A stretch of 64,000 nucleotides of DNA from Adineta vaga (taxonomy: Eukaryota; Animalia; Rotifera), in contig CP075497.1 of assembly GCA_021613535.1 (NCBI GenBank), positions 5,084,001 to 5,148,000 on the forward strand, given 5' to 3'. How positions within the stretch are numbered: position 1 is the first letter of the stretch; each line of letters begins with the position of its first letter. A model generated the notes under the pieces. The model did no database searches. It saw nothing but the letters and a program-made list of their open reading frames with translations, and was not told where the DNA came from. Positions 11,838-23,943 of this stretch are shown piece after piece. The position numbers were made by a program, and so were the translations under genes.

Positions 11838-12956
11838 TTACTGTTTTTGGTGCCATATTAATGAATCATTTGGATCTACATTACCACCACTGATAATAAC
11901 TGCTATGTTATGAAGATTTGCATCAAATGTTTTATATTGCGAAAGTAACGCACCAAGTGATAATCCCGCCGACATTTCTGTTACTAATTTCAAATGTTCA
12001 AATGCAAATTGTGTTCCATCGATCATGACTTGATCCGAAACGGTAAAAACTTGTTTTTCAATAAATGAACACATTATTGGGAATGTTAGCATGCCACATT
12101 GTTGTGAACGACATGCTAAAGTATATTTTATGTTTTATTTTATTTTAATAATAAAAAACAATAGGAAGAAGAAAATCTAGGTTAAAATCAATTACCTTCA
12201 CATTTTGTATCAAGAAATCGAGGCGGTTCCGGCCATAAACGTTTACTTTCAAAGAGACATTCTTCAAGCATTTTTCCATCTGGTACACAAGCATAAATAC
12301 GAATCTTTGGATTGATGTATTTTGCATAGAGAGCAATCCCACTGATTAAACTACCACTACTAACTGGAACTAGAATAGCATCCAGATTTGGAACTTGTTC
12401 AAGTAATTCGACAGCAATTGATCCTTGTCCTAATCAAAAAAATGAAAAATTTCAATTAAATATACAATTTCCTACCAGCAATCACATCCGGATGATCAGC
12501 TGTTGGTATAATAAAATAATCACGTTCTTTACTAATCTGTGAACACATTGCTATTCGATTCAATGGTCCTACTTCGCATGTCACTACTTCACCACCATAC
12601 TGTTTGATAGCATCAATTTTATATTGTTCTGTATCATTACAAACAACAATAACACTTGGCCGTTTCACAAGTGATGCTGCATAGGCGACACCTATGCCAT
12701 GATTGCCTGAAGAAAAGGAGACAAAACCTTTTAAATTTGGTTCAATTTTCATTGCATTAAGAATGGCATTCAATGCACCACGAAGTTTCACTGAACCAGT
12801 TAATTGCAAATTCTCACATTTTAAGAAAATATTTCGCCCAGTTAATTTATTTAATATTACATTTGTTAACACAGGTGTAACAGGCACCGAAACGGAACGT
12901 AAATGACTTGCTGCAATATGAATTTGTGCCAAACTTGGAGTCTGTCTATCATCCAT
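11838..12956 (-). CDS. PLP-dependent serine/aspartate racemase family enzyme (fold type II)
   Basis: KCENLQLTGSVKLRGA (PLP lysine), FSSGNHG, DVIAG|QGSIAVEL, KRLWPEPPRFLDT (invertebrate racemase-like segment), ISGGNVD. Introns 12430-12475 and ~12116-12195. Confidence 0.85.
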
Positions 12957-13745
12957 ACGTGTGTGTGTATGTATATAACCTTCGTTAGGTAAAAAAAAGA
13001 AAGTAAAACGATACTCTAGTTTATATCGTTAAATATTCTTACACCTACATGTCACATTGTTTCAATGTGTGTAAGAACGAAAAGAATGTACAAAATCCGT
13101 ATCTATCCTGACGAATAATTGATAGAGAAAAGAAAAAGAAAAGTGATGTACCAAACACTCAGTCTTGTTTATCCTTCAATCGTTTTGCTATATGTATATG
13201 TATTAAACTAATAGAATATCTCGTTTATACAATATATTTATATGTATATATTATATTCGATAGAGATAAAAAATACTTCATCTTTCTTTTGGTTTCCGCT
13301 TTGAAAAAAAAGCACGCTCAAGCATAGACATTAGCAGAACACAGAAGAAAGAGAGAGAGAGAGAGAAAGAAAGAAAAAGACAAAAGCGAAAATTTTTCAA
13401 CAGTGGGTAGGTTGATACAGAAGAAAAGAAGAATGAAAATTTGAATTCAAATACAATGATACACACTCAATAACAACAAACAAAGATTTGAAGAGAAAGT
13501 AAAGATAGAAACGACAAAATTTGTATTATCCACAGTGCCGATTGACAAAGAAAGAGAAACAGTGAGTATATGTAATGATGATAATAGTTGTGTCCTATGC
13601 CAAAAATCACTGTACAAAAAGAAAAAGAAGAAATAGAACCGAACCGACAACCCTAAATAAAACTGAAACTGATCGAAAGACAATTATTTTACAATAAACT
13701 TACAAAATGTAACTGTTCTTGAGCAAATAATGCCGTTTGATGGAA

Positions 13746-16736
13746 TTATTTTCTCATTTGTTTATTAGTCGTATGTCTTGTACGACGATTGAAAAAACAA
13801 CAACATCTAAACAAAAGATCCATTAGTAATTCTTTAATGTTCTATAGCAATAAAAAGCAGAATCATATTCTTAGCAGCTAAGTTTATAGAAGAGCTATAT
13901 TTTCATTTTATTTAATTAAACCTACACGAATGAGGATAACCATCTTTTCCAATATCTACAAAAGTAGGATTTTCTTCGAGAATTATATCATACACCAAGC
14001 TAAGTCTAATATAATCGTTTTCTCCCAGATCTACATCTTACATTTTACTAGTAGAATTAGTGTCATTCGAAAATAACTTTTCATCGACAGTTTTACGCCT
14101 AGAATAAATGCATAGTTGTTCATCAATGGAAAAATAAACAACTCCCATCACCAAATTTTCTCGAAAGATCAAGTCTTCATTCAAAATAAATCATTTTTAT
14201 CGACTTACTTCGTATCACTAATCACTTCTGCATTGGGCGTCGATGTTGGAACATTATGTCCCTGATCTCCTCGAACGGGTCGTTCATTATCATCGTCAGG
14301 AACATTGATAGGCTAGAACAAAAAATCAAGATTGATTGATTTCTTATAATTGAAATTATATGATTTCAAAAGAAGACACAGTCATTCACCGACAACGATC
14401 AAAATCAATGGGAAAAATCTATTCATTAAACAGACAAAAGACTTGGAGAAAGATAAAGAACAAACAATCATAATAGGTGAATAGACGAGATTTAATTGAA
14501 TATACCTGCATTGAACCATGTACTTGTTGTGTTGATGCCGACAGATGAGGATTTAAAAAAGTCGTCTGAGAGGGAGGGAAAGAAATTTGCATTATTATCG
14601 TTTTCTTTTTAATATGATGAAATTTGATTTGATCACGATAAAAGAAATTTGCACTTACTTTATTCGTTGCTCGTGGCGTTGGACTAGATGGAATATCATG
14701 TGGATTTGTTGACGAATATTGAGATTTTCCAGCAGTGCTCTAATCAGATGTATATTGACGTGTGTAATCAAACATACAAAAAACAATATTTTTCTCATAC
14801 TTGATTTGGATTTGGTCGCATTTTTTCCACCCAGTCAAAATTATAATCACATACGTAATTGCGTGAATCCATTAAATCTTTAAATAATTTTCTAAGATAT
14901 TCATACTAGTAGAACAAAAGCAAACTGTTTTTTATATAAAACAAAAACCAAAAACCACTTACATTTGGTGTTTCAAAGAAATCCAAATTTCGTACATATT
15001 TTAAATATTTAGCAAATTCTTCTAGAAGAAAGAAAAATACATTTAGTGTTTTCTTTTATAAAAAAATTTCTTCTGAAAGTATTACCGGGTTGATTTTGAC
15101 ATAGAACATCAATATGAGTTGCACGTTTTGTATCACCAATTTTTTGATAACGTTCTTTTAATGTTTCAGCTTTTAATCCTTGCCACTAATCAAAAACGAA
15201 GAATATTCTTATTTTACATCAATTAACATATGTTTTCTCCAATCTATTTCCGGTAACTTGATATCTCGTGATTGTAAAATATATTCTTATATGAGATCTT
15301 TACACGACATACAATATGTGAGAAAAATAAACAAATCGATTTATTATAAACAACATGAGTCAATGTAAATACGAAGTTTTGTTAAAGATTAACTTTTTTC
15401 TATTCAAACATTTCTTACCGGTAAACTACCACGTAAAAAATACATAAACATATGCCCCAATGCTTCAAGATCATCTCGACGACTTTGCTCTAAAATAATA
15501 AACCAACGAATTTTTCAATCGAAATAAAATTTCTCATGATCAAACCTTTTCCTAGATGCGTATTAATGCTCATATATCTTGCCGTACCTAAGATAATATA
15601 TTGAAGATATATTTGAAATTCGATAGAAAAACAAAATTTGAATATACCAGTTAAACTTTTATGTTCTCGGAATGGTATATGTCGACCAGTATCTGGATCA
15701 ATATATTCTTTGGCTAAGCCAAAATCAATAATATGTATTAGATGTTGTCTTTTCGTCGATGAACGACCAATTAAAAAATTTTCTGGTTTTACACTTAAAA
15801 ACAAAAAGAAGTAGAATCAAATATTTCTTTCGTTTGAAAAAAAAAGAAAGAAACAACAACTTACTCTCGATAAATTAGATTTTTTGAATGTACATATTCC
15901 ATTCGAGTAATCTATTGATTAAAGTAAAAAAAACAGAAGTATCAATATTTATTATAAACAAAAATAGTTTAACATACCAATTGTATAGCAATCATTAGGA
16001 CGGTTTTCAAGGAAAATTTTCGATCGCAATTATCAAAAAGATCTTCTAATGATGGTCCTAGTAATTCAATTACTAGAGCATTATATTTACCACATGGTCC
16101 AAAATAATGAACTTGTGGAACACCCTCTAAAAGACAGAAAAGAAGTCAACTATTTGTCTCCTAGAAATTTCTTGTTTATAACAAACCACAAGTTCCTAAT
16201 TGTCGATAAAATCGATATTCAAGATGCAATTGTGGTGCACGAGATTTCATCGGTTCCTAAAGATATATATATATATATATTTAAATAAACGTATATAGAT
16301 TGGATTATTTACTAATTTGATTGCTACATGTTCATTATTGTACAAATTTTTTCCTACAAAAGAAAAACAAACAAAATCGTTAAATAAATAATATTTTTTG
16401 AATGAATTTATGTATAAAACCTAATCGAATTTCTCCGAAATTTCCTGCACCAATTCGTTTTCCCACACGAAAATTAGGTCCAACCATAAGCATAGCATTT
16501 GGTCCTGAACTACTTGTTGCAGCAGCTGATGTTGACGTTGTTGTTGTTGTTTCATTCGATTTGTCTGTTGTCACTAAATTATTATTATTCACACTTGTTG
16601 CTAAACCAGCTCCTCGTCCATTTGTTCGACTATCACTTGGAATAATCGATACAGTTGATGCTTGTGCTGCTGTACCAGACAAATGATTACCATGTTGTTT
16701 TAAATTACTATGATTTCCTGTTTCACTTTCGTCCAT
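13746..16736 (-). CDS. CSNK1G: Casein kinase I gamma (gilgamesh-like)
   Basis: [81 protein letters not shown], and a C-terminal palmitoylation motif CCCFFNRR before TAA at 13746. Many short introns. Confidence 0.95.
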
Positions 16737-17213
16737 TCTTAACGAATTAAAGAAAGTAACAAAAGTGATGACATGATTTAATCTTAAAAGAAAAAATTGA
16801 CACACATTTAAAATGAATTTCTAAAAAAAGAAGACTTAACAACAACACATTAATGATTGTATCAAATTGACCATTGAAAGTTTTTTGTTTTGATGATCAG
16901 AAAAGCAAGAGAATCAACTATAGATGGTGGTAGAAATACCATTGACGACATCTATTTCATCTATATGAGATTAGTTTTTGTTATTTAATGCTTAGCAACA
17001 AGAGAAAGAAGAAGATGTAAATGAACGCTTGAAAAAATGAAGAACGAGTAAGAAAAAAAAATTAATTTATAAAACAAATAACAACAAACATCAATTTAAA
17101 GAATAGTGATTGAAAAAAGAAAAAAAGAACAGAAAGTTTTTTTTTCAGTTACAAGTTTTTCTTCTTCGTTGATGTATCTATAAAACTGATTATTTCTAGA
17201 AATTAATAATAAT

Positions 17214-20200
17214 ATGATTGATAATATTAATAAATTATCATCAAATCTCGATGCAACAAAGCAACAACAACAACAACAGCAACAAACAGCGGCATCACTT
17301 GCTAATTTAACAGATGATGGTATGATCTCTTTGTTTTTCTCTCTGACCTTGATGATAAGAAGGAAACAAATAAAAATGGGAATTTCATATGGAAAATCAG
17401 ATTTCCGCCGTGATTCATTAAAGATTATATATTTCATCCGTTTTTACTCGATTTTTTTTCTTGAGAAAAGAAAGTTTTTTTTAGACATTCAGAAAGTAAC
17501 TGTTAGCAACCGTCATCTGATTTGATTTTGAATAAAACCATAAAATGTCATTTTCTTTATTCTAACTACTCAACATTTATTTACTTGATTAGAACAAAAG
17601 AAAGCTTTTTTCCTAGCACTTTATATTACTGAAGACAATGAAATGAAAGAAATTTCCATTTAAATGATTTCATCAGTTGAAGGTTTATTTAATCATCTGA
17701 ACTGAACAAAACGAAATAAGTTATTTATATATATATATAAGAAAGTATGAACTTGATTGCTCTAATTCTTCCCGATAGGAACTAATATCCTTGGAATTAG
17801 ATATCTTCAGGAAAATGAAATTTCCTGTTCGAAGGAAATGGATTCAATTTATGTATTTTTTTAATGAAATGAGAAATGTTTGAATAGGATTATTGAACAA
17901 GAATATGTTTGTTAATTGGAAATAAAAGCAAATAGTTACCGTCTGAAATATTTCTATAAGCTTGAGTCGATAATTAGTATAGTTAGAAGACATTTGTTTG
18001 CTTATGTCTATAATTTTCAATGAACTTATATATATGATTTTTATTTCGCAAATTTCATAATTGGTGAATAGAAAAATCATAAGTCAATAAATTGCTTAAA
18101 GTTCTATAAAAAATTCCGTCAATCTTGAAAAGAATTGATTCTATGTTATCTTTTAAATATCTAGATGTGATTAAGATATGGGATGCTGTTTCTGCTTTTA
18201 TTGAATCGTTTATGAAACAATCGAAAGTAAAAACTAAAAGCAGCGAAATTCTATAGTTTTCTTTTGAAAAAATTTAACTTTTTATTCAAATAGGGTGTTA
18301 CTATTCCTGGTTTTGGTACATTTACATTTGTACATAAACGTATCGATGTCGGAAACAATAAATATCTTCTCATTCAGCGGCCTATTTTTGTATTTTCGGA
18401 AAAATTTGCTCAAACTCACGCATTAAAATTTACTCATTATCCTGTGAATGGTTCGATACCAATTCATCCATTGAATTATTTTTATATTCAAATGCAATCA
18501 AATTATACACGAGATCAAATTGAACAATGTGTTAAACATGTTTTACAAGTATTTAATCGTTCAGTCGCCGCACAACGTAATGTTGAATTTACATTTTCAC
18601 GTATTGGAAAATTACAAATTCGAGAAGGAAAAGTTAAAATGAGATTTTTCAAAGATTTCGTTAATGAAGTCGATGGAAGTAGAGGAAAACATCTGTTTGA
18701 TAATGCGTGCAATGTAGGTTTTTCATGTTATCAAAGTAAAAAAATAATAATAACGTTTCAACTTATATAGAGGCCACGAACATCCGATTCAGTTATGTCT
18801 GCTCGGGAAGCAGCAAGACCTCCATCAGCTTCAAATGTTGTTCTTCCACGGTACATCGTTTAATCCGAATACTTTTACTGAAGAAAAAAAAACAATCTCA
18901 TTTCATTCTAGATTGAATAGTCGTGTTGGTAATCCAGCATTACAAGCTATTCATGAAGAAAATCATAATGAAGATGAACAACAAGAAACAGGTACAACAC
19001 AAACAAAACGTATACAACAACGAGGTACTGCATGAGATATTCAATACTATTAGAATTCAAATTTGTAAACAATTTTTCGATTAGATCCATCACTTTCGAT
19101 CACAACGCTTCCAATAACACACGTTGTAACGACAATAGGAATAACTAATTCGCAAGATGAATACAATTCTGCTGCACCATTTCTTTCTTCATCAGATCTT
19201 GGTCAATTATCTTCAGCATCACTGACAGGAAAAAGACCAGCAACACCAATGGCACTAGTAAAGAAAACAGTTACTTTTCATCAATCAGAAAATGACAATG
19301 GACAAACAACAAAGTAAGGTTCTGTATACTTTTTCTTTCGATGAATTACATTTGTCAGCGATTTCACAGAATAAATTCAAGGCATTTTCGAAAATTGTAT
19401 GTTTTATACTATTAATACGAAGAGAATTTCATTGTAGACCAACGCGTAAAATAGTTTCAATATCAGGTGATTTTGATTCGCTCACTACTTGCTTTTCTTG
19501 TGTGTAAAATAATCGACATTACAATCTTATTTTCTTCGTAGTAATTCATCGAACGGTGCCATTATTCGAGCAACGAATGAAAATAGTGCTGCACTTGGAT
19601 TTAGTCGTCCATTAACAGATCGTAGTGTACGTGATCGTATATCATCTTCATTAAATGTTCATCCTGAACAATATCAACATATCAATACTTCAACCATTAC
19701 AAAACCTTTAACACCTTGCGGACATCACGGTGCTGGACAAGAACTTTGTTATCTCTGTCATCAACGTGCCAAACGTAATGTTCCAGTTTATTTACATGAA
19801 GAACGACGTATACGAGAAGCTGAAGAAACGAAATTACTTGAACAATATCGAGATAATAAAGATCTGGAAGAACAACGCAAACAAGATGTAAAAGAAAAAC
19901 TATTGAACAAGTTGAAATGATTGTAATTTCGTTTTTATATAGGCTACATTTAAAGCTGATCGAGAAGATAAACAACGGATAGCTGCTGTTAGTATTTAAT
20001 ATTGATTTTTATACGTTGAAAACAATTCATTGTATTTTTAGTATAATTTGGGTATTGCCGAAGCTACACGAGCGAAAAAAATGGAACGACCAAAAACCAG
20101 TGATATTTCTGTAAGTTCCTTTGTTATCATTAAAATGTAGAGATGAAATCTTTTTATTAGCGTTCATTTGTATTTCGAAAACGTGTACAAACTCCTCCAA

Positions 20201-21071
20201 CTTATGTGCGTCAACAAGATTTAGCTAAACAATTAGATGCTCAAATAAAATGGAAACAAGATGAAGAACGTGCCGAAAGACAAGATAAACATTTTACAGA
20301 ACGTTTTGAACAATTACAATTAGCTGAAGCGTATGATGAAAACAAAAATAATCATTTCTTTTGTTTTAAATCGAATTCTTTCTATTTCAGCTTAGCACAA
20401 GAACGTGAAACATTCCTAAGAAATAAACGACTTCATCAAGATGAACTCAAAAGTGCTTTAGATAACCAAGTAAAACTTTTGATCAGAATCATTTTCATGC
20501 ATGTATTAATTGTATTATATTAGGTACGAAATAGACCAACTGGAATTCCTGCTGTCGAAGAAGCTGCACCATTTTTTGGTGTTCATGATATGTCTACTGA
20601 AATAGTTCATGAACGTCGTTTACAAGCAATGGAAATCTTTCGACAACAGAAAGAAGCTGTTGAACAACGTCAACGTCAACAATTACTTAAACAAATGCGT
20701 GAACAAGAATATGAATCACGAGCATTAGATGCTGCGAAAGAAGAGTATGTACATATTTATGATTCATTGTTTTTTGTTCTATATGTTTGGTCTAATCCTT
20801 TAGTTTGATATCTGATCGTCGTGAACGATTTCGTCGTGCATTTACAATACGAAAAGATCTTGAAACAGATTGGACAAATGCCATGGGAGAAAAACGTCAA
20901 CGTGATCAAGATGAAAGAACACATGTGTATGCTCCTCAAGGTGTACTAGTACACGAACAGTGTGATCAATACAAACGTTGTGCTCAATGTCAACGTCATA
21001 CAAATAATTATGGTACTTCAAACATATGGAAAGATACACGATATGTGCCTGGAACACGTATTATGGTTTGA
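17214..21071 (+). CDS. CCDC81: Coiled-coil domain-containing protein 81 (centrosomal/ciliary, N-terminal HU-like domains)
   Basis: Exon 1 (17214-17319, poly-Q) splices to 18165 to give VIKIWDAVSAFIE..K|GVTIPGFGTFTF..QRPIFVFSEKF, FSRIGKLQIR..VKMRFFKDF, GQELCYLCHQR, then coiled coils and C-terminal QCDQYKRCAQCQR..NIWKDTRYVPGTRIMV. Confidence 0.85.
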
Positions 21072-22028
21072 AACAAAACATTTTTGAATGAATTTACTTA
21101 TTTTTTATTTATAACGAAAGAAAAAGAAAACGAGCACTTTTTTTTAGAAAAGTATATACCCGGTTATCCTATTAACAAAAGAAAGACGTGAATATGGGAT
21201 ATTTTTATGTACGTTTTTTTCTCTTCGTCTTCTTCTCTTCGTCTTCTTCTTCTTCCTTTTCTATTCATTCTATTCTTACGAATAAAATCATATCTATTGA
21301 ATATACGTATTTGATCATGATGTACTTGTCAAAAAGAGTCAATATGAATTATTTAGAGTCTTGCTCGTTGTTGAACATTATTATTACAATAAAATCAACT
21401 ACATTGATTTGTATGCACACAAACGTATGTTAAATAGACATGAAATATATGCGCACATCTCTACACGCTTTCATATGTTCAATAGTTTTTCTTACGTAAA
21501 TTAAACGCAATGGACAAGGAGGAGTAGGAAGAAAAGAAAACGATGATGGATCAACAAACTTGTCAACGAAAGTTACGATACAGATATTACTCAAGCATGC
21601 AATAAGTATTGAACATAGTTCTATATGTGTTGGTATTAATGACAATATTTTGAATAAATAGAATTAATAAATAGTTTAAGAGGTAATTAATGTTGTATTC
21701 ATGTTGAATTGAGATTTCTATTACGAAGTGACCTGAAAGTAAGACAAACACGTGATGATTTCTATTTTAGTGAGCACGAAAAGAACCTTGACCTTGACTC
21801 GATCAAACAGAACAAATCGTTCATGCTCGACCAATTAGCACATCAGAGAAGGTATGAACAAAAAAAATGAAGAAGGAAAAACGTGAACTTTTGTATTTAG
21901 AAGTGCGTAAGAAAAAAAATGTAGGAAGAAATGAAAAGCGAGAAGGGCGCAAGCACACTTGATTACACATAGGTTTGTCTGTTCTTTCGTGCATCTTCAT
22001 CATATAACGGAGAAGAACCTGTAATCAT

Positions 22029-23237
22029 ATGATGAAAGTCGCGTTTGCTTTTCGTCCATTTCCGGCCAACTATAAACCAACATGTGATGCTAGTAAGATA
22101 CCTTCGTTCTTAAACAAAAAACCTCCATCTATTTTAATATCAGCTTTACCTGCTTCACCTTCATGGCATTTTCCATTACAAACATCTTCATCAATTCCAT
22201 ATATTTCTACTTATCAACGACATGTATCAACGATTCATGTCAATGGTATACCTTATACAGTAATGCGTTTACTTGGAGAAGGACTTCATAGTCGCGTGTA
22301 TGCAGCATACGATTCTCGAACGAATCAATCTGTTGCTATCAAAGTTGTTCAAAATATTGATCCAGTCGATAGACATGAAAATTCGAAAATGTTCTTTAAA
22401 GAAATTCGTTACTTAACAAAATTACAACCACGAAATCCTTATGTTATTCGAGTTTATAATCATGAATATGATACAAAAACTCAAACGGGTAAAATTGTAA
22501 TGGAAAGTGGACATGATTTTCGTTTTATGTTACCATTGCAAGTATCACCAAAACAAAAGAAAATGTCGACAACACAAGCGAAATTCTATTGGGCACAAAT
22601 GGTCGATGCAGTTGCTATATTACATCGCAATGGAATTGTTCATTCAGGTACAAATTAAAACATAGAAAGATTTAATCTGATCAATTTCCAATAATATTAT
22701 TTATAGATATTAAACCAGAAAATTTCATAATGACAACTGGTGATCAACTTCGTATTATTGATTTAGGTCTTTCATTTCGTATTTCACCGTCACAAACATC
22801 GGTATTAAGACCATTTGCAGGTAAAATGAAATTTTATTCTTGTTCTTTTTTTAAAATTCAAACTGAATGTTTTAGGCACACCAGAATATATGCCACCTGA
22901 AGTATGTCAAATTCAAAATGGACGATTTTCTCGTCAAGGCCGTGCATCAGATATTTGGGCATTAGGTTTGTAGAAATGTTACGATATAAAATAAAGGTAA
23001 ATTCTTTGTTTTCTAGGTGTACTTCTTTTTGAAATGGTTTTTGGTTATCGACCATTTGAACATATTCAAGATAATTTTGAAAAAATGTCTTTTATTGCTC
23101 GATTAACACAAAATCCAGTCATACCATCAACAAATAATCCTCATTTACGTGATGTTCTTCAACAATGTCTGCAAATCAATCCAATGGACCGTCCTAGTGC
23201 TCAGCAATTATTACAACATCCTTTTCTTTGCCTTTAA
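22029..23237 (+). CDS. Ser/Thr protein kinase, Mps1/TTK-like kinase domain with a short N-terminus
   Basis: LGEGLHSRV, VAIK, HS|DIKPENF, IIDLG, GTPEYMPPE, SDIWALG, DRPSAQQLLQHPF. Introns ~22648-22706, 22822-22875, 22966-23017. HSD catalytic loop, YWAQMVDAV and MPPE resemble Mps1. Confidence 0.8.
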
Positions 23238-23943
23238 GTTCTCTTTTTCTTAAAAAAATCCAAGAATTGATTATATACTATGTCTAATTGTTGAATTCGT
23301 TTTCTTTCCTTATATTCCTTGATTTTTTTTCTTAATACTTTTTAATAAACTATATTGACTGCATAAAACAAAGGATCTGGTCATATCGAAAATAAAAAAC
23401 TTGAAACGAATGAGAAATGTCCGAGTGATACAATGACATCTGACTCTATCATCTTATATTATCCAATTATTTTACATATGAATAATTATCAACGAAAAAA
23501 GAAATGTTTATTCAACCGTAACGAAAAAATATTTTCATTCATTTTGCACTTTTATCTTATTCATATTATTATCATCAAGTCATGGACAGAGAAGGTATGT
23601 TGAAATTTATGAAGATCAAACTTTTTCTCCTTTGTTTTTTCTTTTTTCCTCATAGAAACACCAACCAACGATGATGCTTCAATTCCATTAATGGATAATG
23701 AGAATAAAAATATGTTGAATTCCATGTATCAAAATATGGACCCATCTTCGATGTCATTAACGGATGGAGGTGATTATGATCCAAGTAATTGTGAAACAAG
23801 ATAATTAAGAAAACTTTATGAATAGTATCTATGTTTTTTTTGTCTTTCTCTGCTGAAATTTTTACATATATTTGAAATTTAAACTTGCGAAACAAAATAA
23901 AAACAAAAGAAAGAAAGAAGAAAAGAATGTTCGTCTGTTATCT

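Noticed and set aside
19359-19507. Possible extra or poison exons within CCDC81
   Set aside because: Candidate splice sites gave no consistent frame, while direct splicing from ~19312 to 19542 keeps the frame. Not supportable without RNA data.
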